This document shows positions 52,902 to 64,000 of a stretch of DNA of 64,000 nt, piece after piece. A program made the position numbers and the translations under genes. The notes beneath the pieces are model-generated. The model saw only the letters and a list, made by a program, of their open reading frames with translations, was not told where the DNA came from and did no database searches. The stretch is from Octopus bimaculoides (lineage: Eukaryota). How positions within the stretch are numbered: the stretch's first letter is position 1; every line of letters starts with the position of its first letter. Location: NCBI RefSeq assembly GCF_001194135.2, contig NC_068986.1, positions 45,900,943 through 45,964,942 of the forward strand, written 5' to 3'.

Positions 52902-53447
52902 CTTACACACATGCGTGCATGTGTGAGTGTTTGTGCAAGTATGTACTGTGTATATGTGTAATTTTAGAGTTAAAGTATGTTAGCATTAACAATTATTTAA
53001 TTGTAAGTTATTAAAATGCCCATATTCAGAAAAGAGCCATTTAACTGATTGGTATAAAGTCACTCCTAGACTAGTCTGCCTTTTCTGTTGCAACTAAATG
53101 GTCCCCACTGCTTAGAACTAGCTAGGCTCATGCTACTTCCATTAAGGCACTTGTGACTCATTTGTCTTTCTTATTCCTCTCTTCATGCCAGTTGTGTCAA
53201 ATCCTATCAGAATTTGCACAAAACTCTATGCCCAGTCGCCCTTCTCAGAGCGTCTGCTTTCTGGAACTCTTTCCTTGCTCTTGTCTTTCCTGCAGGAGTT
53301 GGTTTGTAATGATTCAATAAGAACATTAATATATTAATCTCACCAATTTCAGAGGCTTGCAAAGGCATGGCAGCCATCCCTTCCTCCGGTTCTAGTAAGC
53401 GAAAAAAAAAAAAAGAAAAAATTAAAAAGGTATACTTTTTAACTTAC

Positions 53448-53557
53448 TGGATCAAATTCCTCTGAACAAGTTGGGCAGTCACATTCAGCCCTTCCTTCAC
53501 GAACTACGCACACTCCGTGGAAATTGCAGTGGTGGTTTAAGCACGGTTGCTTCACAC
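53448..53557 (-). CDS. AGRN: Agrin exon: follistatin N-half (VKQPCLNHHCNFHGVCVVREGRAECDCPTCSEEFDP)
   Basis: tttttatag acceptor, gtaagt donor; 110 nt, phase 1->0. Confidence 0.92.
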
Positions 53558-56500
53558 CTATAAAAAATATACTGTTTTATTTAACCAGTCAAGCATTAAC
53601 AGAAGCTTAATTCTGATTTATTTGGCAAAATATAATGTTGTGAAAGGTATAACAAGCAAATTCTAAAACAGTTAAAGAAATCTCTCACCAATCATAAACA
53701 TCATCAAACATATATGTTTAAAAGTGACTGTAGCACTGATAAAATAAAATATGGCAAATGCATTGAGTGAAAGATGTGCTATATTTTATGATTGTAAACC
53801 ACTCTACAGGAAAACTCATTTTGAAAGATGAAAATTAATCTAAAATGTGAATAAATATGTTTTCAAAACTATTGTTCTTCTTGCTGTTGTCATTACCATT
53901 GTCATTATTATTGTGCCATTATGATATTTATTTTATGTTATTGCTGTTGCTACTTTATCTATTGTCATTGTTGCAAAGCACAACACTGCTTTTCAAAACA
54001 TGGAAAGTGAGTAGCAGAAGCCATACCTGATATGTGACAGAATGTGTCCTCCATAGACTAAGGAAGTGTGTATTTAGTGTCTGAGAATGAGGATGAGGCA
54101 AGGAGACAGTTTGTGAGTCGTATACCTGCCTACAAGCTGGTGTCACAAAATGTTAGACATATTGGAACTACAGCTAGAGATGTTGGCACAAATATAAAAT
54201 CTTGAATTATTGCCACCTTTATGCAGCACTATGGGAATGTGGTGAATGCAGAGGTAACTTGCATCAAATAGTGGTCAAGTAGGATCTGTGTAGACACCTA
54301 GGTCCCTATGACCTCAAAGACAATGAGGCCTTCCTAAAAATGTACCTCACTGAGGAAATAGAGAGATGGTCAATGAAACTGGTGGTACTGAGATCTTTCC
54401 AGAACACTAGTAATCATAGCCCCAGGAATGGCTGGAGTAGAAACAAGTGAATTCTCTCTTCCAACTTGCCACTAGTACCAGGGACTGATGATGACTATGA
54501 AGTAGTGATGTATCCTCTTTACATGCAGGACAGGCTAAAGATTATGTTTGGCAGAGAGTTTTGGGAGCCTCCGAATGAAAGATGGTTAATAGAAAACATT
54601 TCAGTGATCTGCTAATAGATGAGAGTTTGCTGAATTGTGAAGGGTCTGAGTGGATGTGGAGAGCCTTCATAACTTAGTTAAGATCATTATTATTCAGGGG
54701 CAATTTTTGGAAAATCTGCTTGTTGGAAGTGATCAAATTGAGAGAGGGTCAGATCCTTATCATGCACATAATCCTATATAAGTGTCACATATATAAGTGT
54801 GCTTATGTGGAGATGGGTTGCTTTGATTTGTATTCTTATATTTATTTATTCATCTGTATTTATTTTTTTCATATTACTTTTCTTATATATTTGTATTTGT
54901 TTTGTATAAAGTGATGCTTAACCTGTCTGAATATATTCAATTACATTTAACCCTAGGAGTTAAGTGTGGTATGAAAACCAGAATTCATAACCTTACACTT
55001 TTAATTTTAGATATCTTAAAGTAAAATTAAATAATTTTAGGCATTAAAAAAACCTCTGAAAGCTGCAACTACCTTTTCTCCTTGAAGACGTTAAATTAGA
55101 AATATTTTGGAATTAAAAATATTTCTAAAATTAGAATTATAAGCTATAACAAAATATTAATTGTAATAAAAAAAAATTTAATAAAATATTTCTCCTTATT
55201 TTTCTTTCATTGTAAACATCAGTTTTGTAGTAGTGTAAATATATATTTAGGTATTTAGTAGTTTTTTTCATAGAAACTATTTGTCATATTACAAGTAATA
55301 GAAGTGGGTTGTTAATTGAAACAGTACATTGCAAAAACTAATTAAGCAAAGTGTTGAAAATAGTAGTAATGTCAAAATATGGTTGGAAAATAAGATTAGA
55401 AAATGCTTCACCATGTAAATTTTGCTAAGACTGGTTGGATAACTTATTGATTTATTACTTGCGTATGATGAAAAAATCTATTGGGAAGAAATTTTGTAAT
55501 ATTTATGCTATTGTAATATTTATGCTCAAGGGTAATGTGAAATACATGAAGTGAAATGTTTCAATTTTAAACTAAAACTGGCTCAAAAACTTTAGTTCAT
55601 CTTCTGCTCTACAGTGTTTACCACACAATAGCAGAATATTTAAAAAATAGAGAAAAATTAAGGTAAACTCATTTACCCAGCAATTCTCTAATGTATACAT
55701 TTCATATGTGATGTATTTATTTGCAATTTCTAATAGAGATACCAATTCTCCTGTCAACATATGCGAACAGGCAAAAAAAAAAAAAAAGAAAGAGAAATGA
55801 AAGACTAACATGTTAAATAGTCCTTATGACCTTCACAATTTTCACTGCAACAGAAGAGTAATCTCTAGGAAGGTAGTGAGAATTAGTTGTCTATTGTTGC
55901 TAGAGCAATTAGTAGCAAGAAAAGGATGTGTTGTTCTATTCTTGGCTAACAGACAGTGCATCTACACATCAAGTAAATAAAGTGCAGTGATGCAACAAAC
56001 AATACTGCTATGCCATTCAAGAGAAAGCTGGTGTAGATGAAATTAGTAATGAATGAATGGGAGTAGAGAGAATAAAGTAAAATGCTCTTGCTATGTATCT
56101 CTAGTAATCACTGATTTACTCAGATAATATCTGATAAGGAAGATATAAGAAATGTGAGAATAAGCATTTTTGATAAACTGATAATTTTTTCTAAATCAAA
56201 AAATCAAATGTTCAATCTCTCTCATTACTCAATATTATTATTATTTTGACCACAATCATAACCATAACCACAATTAAAATTACAATACTGATAGGTGCTG
56301 GCATGGTTGTATGATTAAGAAGTTTGTTTTGCACTCAGGTGGCTTCAAGTTCAGTCCCACTGCACAGCACTTTCATCATCATCATTATCATCATTTAATG
56401 TCTACCTTCCATGCTAGTATGGGTTGGACAGTTTGACAGGAGCCTGCACCAGTCTTCTGTGCCTGTTTTGGCAGGGTTTTTATGACTGGATGCCCTGCCT

Positions 56501-59500
56501 AATTCCAATCAACCACCCAACAGAATGGACTGAGTGCATTTTACATAGCACAAGCGCAGGTGAAGTTAGTTTTGGCATAGTTTGTACTGCTGGATGCCCT
56601 TCCAAATGCCAACCACTTTACAGTGTGGACATTGGATAAGGCAAACGAAAGCACTGCAAGTGAACTTTGTAGAGGGAAACTGAAAAAGAGCTTGTCATAT
56701 ATGTGCATGTATATTTAGACACATACACATGCATGTGTGTGTTTATGTCTTGACATTGCAAGCTAATTGTAAACAGATGTCACTATGATACAGGCAGTGC
56801 CACCCATTTGCAGTCTTTCATGAAAACATATCTGCCCAGAAACAGGTGAAGGTTGGCAAAAGGAAGAGCATCTAGTCACAAAAAAATTACCCTCAGTAAA
56901 TTTTGTCTGACCCATGCAAGCCTGGACAAATTGAGACTAAAACTACGATGATGATGATTTCCCCATCTTCCTTATCATAACAGTTATCATTATAATCACT
57001 ATTACCATCTTCATGATCACCATCATCATCTATATTCCTGAGATCTCCTTTATTATTTCTCCTATGTGTCCACATCTGAGTTTGCATGATTTAAATAGGT
57101 GTTTAGATTTAAATATATCACAGCACTATATATAACTGACAACGTTATGAGTACCAAAGACTTATTAGCTGTAGAGATATTGATATTCTCCATATTTTAG
57201 TCACTATCAGAAATCAGTAGTAATATTATAATACAAACAAATCCAAATAATTCTATGAATGAAAGTAGGAATAAAGGGACATGTTTGTGATATAGTATTT
57301 CAAACTATCAATATGTTGGTACACAGAATGCAAAAGTGTTCTATTTCTGAATATTCCAATTGTTGCTATTTTTTAGACCCCAGCCAGGAGTAAACCTATA
57401 ACCAAAAGCATTCAAAAGATGTGCATTATGTATTATATTCAGGCATCAGGTATCTAAAACTGTTATCCAATGTACTCTTAATATAATCTCTTTTAAAAAT
57501 GTGGGATGTGATATAAGAGTAATTTGACTGTTATTTCTAGTTGTTCAAATGACTGTATATACATTCCCTTGTTGAACTCCAGTTGAATTAGTTTGGAAAA
57601 ATGAATGCTTTACCATGTAAATAGCTTAGACTGGCTTGATAACTTAATATTGATTTATTACTTAGGCATGATGTCACTAATGTATAAGTGGAGGGAAAAA
57701 TTGCATGATATTTATGCTATTCTCAAAGGTAATATAGAATACATGAAATGAAATGCTTCAACTGAAAACTGAAACTAGCTCAAAGAGTCATAATTTGACA
57801 TTACTACTGTTTCCATTTAATTCAGTCAACCTAATTGCTTCATGAACCACACTGGCCTGTAGGAGTGGTACTTAACATTGTCTGTTGCATATCAGACACA
57901 GATCTTCTAGATGTGGTGCTTGTTTAATGCAGGTAAATTTCTATGTAAGATTCAGTGATATAATGTGGAATGTTATGTCTTCCATAGAGACACAATGAGA
58001 TAATGTTAGACATTACGTATGAGGAGAAAATAACGATATATTTACAGGAAAAAAATTGAAGGAAATTAAATATTTTGAAATTCTATACAAAACTTGAACA
58101 ATAAACATCTAGCATGAAGATAATTGTTTATCTATAGGACAGTATAACATCTTGATATATATATATCAACCTAAAGGCTACTCGAGCATGTGCATGTGAC
58201 ATACATGCATTGTAATGCAGTAGAATATAACCAAATGCATGTGTGAGCATACCTGCATATTTGTATGTATATGAATGCATTTGATTAATAATATTAGACT
58301 AAAGGAAAAAATAAACATATATTGTGAAGTTTATGATTGGTTCAACATTCTCTAGAAAGAAAATATTTTTAAAGAATATGTAAATATTATCATAACAAAT
58401 CATATAGAATGAGAAATAACAATGAAGAAATTGTTGGTATTGATAACTCTCATAAAACATTTGATGAAAGAAAAAAAATTTCCTGATAAGTGAATTAAAT
58501 AATAGAAGATAAATAAAAGTATATGGCATCAAAATAAAACTAATAAAATGATATGATAGACTACATTCAAATACACAAAAACGTTTTGAAAATTTCAAAT
58601 ATTTTAAAAATTTTATTAAAGCTAAAATGAATGTTTTGAGCAAAGTACTTCTTTCTGGAGATAAAACATAATATTAATCATGACATTTATTTCTGAATAA
58701 GAACAGATAACACAAGATCATTGATACTTTGATTCCAACTTTCAAAAAATTTGTTAATGAAAATTAAATATTACCAGATTTAAGAAAAAATTAATCATAC
58801 TTTGCTTTATGAAGAATTGAAATGTAACTGAATAAATCCACTTAATAAAATTATATGCTAGCAAAGTGCCTTTCATCTAAAAATATTTCACATGCGATCT
58901 TCTTTTGATTGATAAGGAGGAAAGTAAATCATTCTTAACTAAAAAAAATCTAACAAATATTTTAGCTTGAGATGGTATTGATACAATATAGTTTTTAATA
59001 TGTATACTCAATGTTTCTTTGTAGAGAAGCACTTTATTAGCAAATGAAACATTTTATTTACATTTGAATTTTCATCAGTAAATCAAATTTAGAAACCTAT
59101 TACATATTATATACTTCATGATAATAAAATAATTTATTAGAATATCTATATATCTGGCTACTTTACTAATAGAAAAATGCTTGACTAATTTAGAAATTGT
59201 TAACATATATATGTTGATAACACAATTACAAAGCAGACCTTGTAACAATGTATTTACAAATCTGTCATCAAACAAAATGTTATATTCTATAAATCAAGAT
59301 GATAGCTTAAACCATAACACAAAAGAAAATTCTTTTCAATCATATATTTTCCAGCGATGCAAAACCTCACTCTTAAATCAGAAACCATTATTTTACTGAT
59401 TTTAGTCAGTGGTTTGTGCCCATACTAGAGCATTACTTTATTAAAGGGTATAAACAACTATCAATATGAGAGTTGTTTCTGATAAACATAAGAAACATCT

Positions 59501-60436
59501 TAGAATGAAGAAATAAATTTACTAAACAAAATAAATCTGCAATAAACAGTAATAAATTAGACATCTGAAACCCTTTTTCATTTGTTTCATTGCACTAAGT
59601 AATAATTATCACACTAAATCTGATTATTATCTGTTTTTAAAAGAAGAACTGATGGTAGCCTTGTAAGTTTAAAATTATAGTTATTTAAGCAAATAACCAG
59701 ATTATTGACATACAGCTAACATTGGCTATGAGGCTTATTCATCTTTTTCTTCAGTTTCAATCAAAGGAAAGTTATATATATATATATATATATGTATACG
59801 ACAGGCTTCTTTCAGTTTCTGTCTACCAAAACCACAAACAAGGCTTTGATCAGCTCACCGTTATAGTAGATGACACTTACCCAAGGTACTTTGCGATGGG
59901 ACTGAACTCTGAGTGGTTGGGAAGCAAGCTTCTTACCACACAGCCACACCTGTGCCTACGTATGATTTTTCTTGGAGTTTTAGCTAAATTCTTTATAAGA
60001 AACTTCAAGTCAGCCACTAACAAAACAACAAGGCTTTTTAAGCTAAAAGAATTCCAGGTGTTTGTAAATATCTGGCTGAGTTGATGTGTTGGTCGAGTTG
60101 CCAATGCCCACAGTCAAGTGTGGGCATCTATTTATCTAAAAAATCTCAGATGGAGAATCTTTGGAATGTCTTACAAATCTTTATTGCACCACTAATAGAT
60201 TTGATTTGGAGAACCAGTGTCAATATCTTTTGCTCTTTCCTCAAAAAACCTAGTATTTCTACGTTTTTGTGTATGTATGCATATGTGTGCATATATATGT
60301 ACACACATACACATGTATGCATGCATATATACCTATATATATATGTAGACAAAACTTACTTGGAAAAGGATGCATGGCGTTCGATCATAATAATATAAAT
60401 AATATATAAATATATGCATATATACATACGTATATG

Positions 60437-61269
60437 NNNNNNNNNNNNNNNNNNNNNNNNNNNNNNNNNNNNNNNNNNNNNNNNNNNNNNNNNNNNNNNN
60501 NNNNNNNNNNNNNNNNNNNNNNNNNNNNNNNNNNNNNNNNNNNNNNNNNNNNNNNNNNNNNNNNNNNNNNNNNNNNNNNNNNNNNNNNNNNNNNNNNNNN
60601 NNNNNNNNNNNNNNNNNNNNNNNNNNNNNNNNNNNNNNNNNNNNNNNNNNNNNNNNNNNNNNNNNNNNNNNNNNNNNNNNNNNNNNNNNNNNNNNNNNNN
60701 NNNNNNNNNNNNNNNNNNNNNNNNNNNNNNNNNNNNNNNNNNNNNNNNNNNNNNNNNNNNNNNNNNNNNNNNNNNNNNNNNNNNNNNNNNNNNNNNNNNN
60801 NNNNNNNNNNNNNNNNNNNNNNNNNNNNNNNNNNNNNNNNNNNNNNNNNNNNNNNNNNNNNNNNNNNNNNNNNNNNNNNNNNNNNNNNNNNNNNNNNNNN
60901 NNNNNNNNNNNNNNNNNNNNNNNNNNNNNNNNNNNNNNNNNNNNNNNNNNNNNNNNNNNNNNNNNNNNNNNNNNNNNNNNNNNNNNNNNNNNNNNNNNNN
61001 NNNNNNNNNNNNNNNNNNNNNNNNNNNNNNNNNNNNNNNNNNNNNNNNNNNNNNNNNNNNNNNNNNNNNNNNNNNNNNNNNNNNNNNNNNNNNNNNNNNN
61101 NNNNNNNNNNNNNNNNNNNNNNNNNNNNNNNNNNNNNNNNNNNNNNNNNNNNNNNNNNNNNNNNNNNNNNNNNNNNNNNNNNNNNNNNNNNNNNNNNNNN
61201 NNNNNNNNNNNNNNNNNNNNNNNNNNNNNNNNNNNNNNNNNNNNNNNNNNNNNNNNNNNNNNNNNNNNN
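60437..61269. other. Assembly gap (largest). Others at 950-1236, 29021-29115, 41780-42344, 52230-52239, 52848-52857
   Basis: N runs, nearly all abutting TA-rich microsatellites. Confidence 1.
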
Positions 61270-61294
61270 TATATATATATATATATATATATAT

Positions 61295-61535
61295 CTCCCC
61301 TTCTTCCTAGCTCTCCTGTGTGACCTTTCCGTCGGGCATTCACCGTGATAGATCATTAGCCACTACACATACTTTATTTTCTCTCCTTGTTTTTTTCTGT
61401 GCTCCCTTCTGTGGGAGAGCATAGGCTTGAAACGTTAGAGACTTTTTCCCTTCCAGAGTGTTAAACTAATACATCTGTTTATTGCCTACATCACCTGTCT
61501 TCGTCTTTTGCTTTTTTTTGTGAATTCCCCCCCTT
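61295..61535 (+). mobile_element. Probable Penelope-like terminal repeat fragment
   Basis: gagc-atag-gctt hairpin followed by GAAACGTT, next to (TA)n and a gap; class is inference. Confidence 0.4.
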
Positions 61536-61584
61536 TATACATTTATATATACATATATACAGATATATATATATATGTATTATG

Positions 61585-61594
61585 TATATATACT

Positions 61595-61690
<96 letters not shown>

Positions 61691-61691
61691 T
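61585..61691. repeat. Long (TA)n microsatellite
   Basis: Direct reading; many other (TA)n/(CA)n/(GT)n tracts occur (e.g. 1-54, 1945-1999, 17850-17890, 31197-31300, 35399-35454). Confidence 0.95.
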
Positions 61692-61884
61692 AGGTAATTA
61701 AGGAATTAATTCTCTCTTTATATTGTGATAAACTAGGGAATGAAGAGAAAAATTTTTTGAAGGAACTTTTGAATGAATATTAAACAAAATGAATACATTT
61801 AATCTTCAACTCTATTAAATTTTATTGGCCATTTAAGAAAAAAAAAATGAAAATAATTTAAATTGAAAACTAATGAAATTTCAG

Positions 61885-61919
<35 letters not shown>

Positions 61920-64000
61920 CTGTTAAATTATACCATCAAATTATACCATCAAAATAATGAAATTTTACAAGCCTATCTACTTAAACTTAAGTGGATATTT
62001 TCCAAGAAATTTCAGATACTAATCTTTATAGATCTATTTAGTGGTCACAAATCATTTAGTGTAGTCTATTTTAGCTTTATTTTTAATTAAAGATTAAATT
62101 TAAGAATAGGTATTTCTAGAAGTCTCGTGATAACCACAATTTATTTCCTTATTTTCTAACTATTAAGTAAGGAAAAAAATTAAATGAGCAAAAACTGGAA
62201 TCATTATTCAGCAGAAAGACCTTTTTGAAAAAACTCAAAAAATTTTGCATAAATGTTTTATTGGATGTACAGTGATTTATTTTTAATTAAATATAAGATA
62301 AGAAGAAACGATGTTGAAATATCTTTATATCGTAACAGCTTGATTAATTTCAAAAGTGCTTATTTCTTAAAGGATGAATCATTTAGCATGTGTACACAAG
62401 CTATTAGTAAACCAAGTCTAGAAGAGACTTTTGATTCCTGACTGAGGCATCTCAGTTTACTTTATGCATTTGCAATTGTCAGTAGGAATTCACAACCTGG
62501 AAAGGGATAAACCTCAATTAGCTGAGTTTCTGCTAGCAAACTATTTGAAAATTAAGATGGAAATTTATTGAACAATTAAGAATGATGTTATTGTTATATG
62601 GGAATAAACTACCCTTATAAAAAGCCAAATTTTCAAAATTTAATAGTTAAAGTGTCTTGAAATAGGTATTTTAAAATCTGACAGAATGCGCCATTAGATC
62701 AAAGTTTTATTGGAAAATTCTTTATAAGATTTAATTTTTGAGCCCAACTATACAACATTCACTTACCTATAGTTTTGTCAAATGGCCTTTGCAAGAACAT
62801 GATAATGTAGATGTTCAGACCATTAATTAATATTTCAGTATGAGTTATTTATGTATTTGTAAATTTGACTAAGTTCTTGGGTTCAAACTTTGTATGCAAT
62901 TTATCCTTAATAGAGGTTAGCCTTTTATTATTAGTAGGATCAACGAAAAAAGTACTCTATCTAGTATCATTTAATATATAAAGTATTTAAATATAAGCTA
63001 TGAATTGTTCTTTTGCCTTGTGTCTCTGAGCAATCCTTCAGGCTTGAATACACATGGCTGGTCTTAATTAAAAAACTGAGCCTATAGGATTGCTTGGAGA
63101 CACAAGGCATGATATATAAATCTGTTGAATTATTGTGTTTCGACAGCATGAGACTATTAGTAGCTCATATTTAAATACTATATATCTAAAATCCTACAAG
63201 GTCACTCATTTTCAAAGAATTGTGTCAAGTTTTTGATCTTTTTAATTGATGAAAATGGTAAGTTTCATTTAAAAGCCTAGTCAAATTTTTTATGGATTAA
63301 TCATTACACCAACAAATATGTTATGACTAATAGTTGAAGAACTGAAAATCTTGATTATTTGAAAACTTAACTGATACACGTAGGCAACTAAATGATAGCA
63401 GAAACGTAAGAAAAAGATTTAATATTAAAATAAGAACAAAGCTGCAAAGAGATTTGGAGAAAATTAACTTACATTTCAAACTGCTCAATAAATGATTAAA
63501 AATAATTTATAATGTCCTCTAATAACTTGTGTATTATATCAAATATAACTTTTATTCAATATTTCTTGAAAATATCCTGTGTTTCATTTGTTTTCCAATA
63601 ATCGATACTCTTTTAATACTGAATCAACATGTTGGTATAAATGACATTCGTTTCTATTCTGCCTCAATAATAATTCTACTAAGATCTACTTATTACATTC
63701 ATTATAGGAACAGGCTTCTCAACACTTGTAGAATTTTGCCTTTACCTATTTCTTCCTTCATTCATCATTATTGATTCTTTCCCAACAATCAGCAATTATT
63801 TGGTAAACAAGAAAGTCACAGATTATAACCTACATTGAAGAATAATGTTTGGTTTTGAGTTCTTATCTCACAAATAACCAAATCATTTAGTTTCTATGAT
63901 TTGGTAGCATTGGATTTCTATTCAGCTTCATATTTGAGTGATAAATTCTCAAAAATGTCCAAGTGACTGTTTAATAATGAGACTCACTCTTTGGTTTAGC

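Noticed and set aside
54150-54500. Possible L1/Tx1 ORF1 (gag-like) remnant
   Set aside because: Only a short YG.V-like motif; too degenerate to support a call
62767-62830. Possible upstream agrin exon ending at a strong AG|GTAAGT donor
   Set aside because: Phase-1 frame has an upstream stop before any good acceptor and encodes no Kazal motif

Overview
This is an AT-rich, microsatellite- and transposon-laden animal genomic window with six N gaps. Repeat style suggests an octopod cephalopod, which is inference. One gene spans the window on the minus strand: agrin. I can splice 17 coding exons (53557->2800; 2473 nt, ~823 codons) into one uninterrupted frame, and none of the short exons is called correctly by the ORF track. 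Domain order: four follistatin/Kazal domains with an SG-rich glycosaminoglycan-attachment cluster between the 3rd and 4th, a lustrin/WR1-like Cys module, a papilin/agrin 'FGCC' module, two laminin-EGF domains, the last follistatin domain, a Ser/Thr-rich linker, an EB-like Cys module (no SEA exon found), EGF1 and most of laminin-G1. The 5' and 3' ends of the gene lie outside the window or in gaps. The introns hold decayed mobile DNA: a composite Helitron, a hAT (Charlie/Buster) transposase relic and MITE, piggyBac-like MITEs and a relic, an RTE LINE, two R4/Dong-like RLE LINE fragments, several SINE families, foldback elements and two hammerhead-ribozyme-like motifs. The most interesting points are the non-vertebrate modules in agrin, a GC-AG intron that splits the GAG cluster, cryptic in-frame exons inside the Helitron, and the hammerhead-like motifs. 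All translations and alignments were done by eye; no database searches were run.
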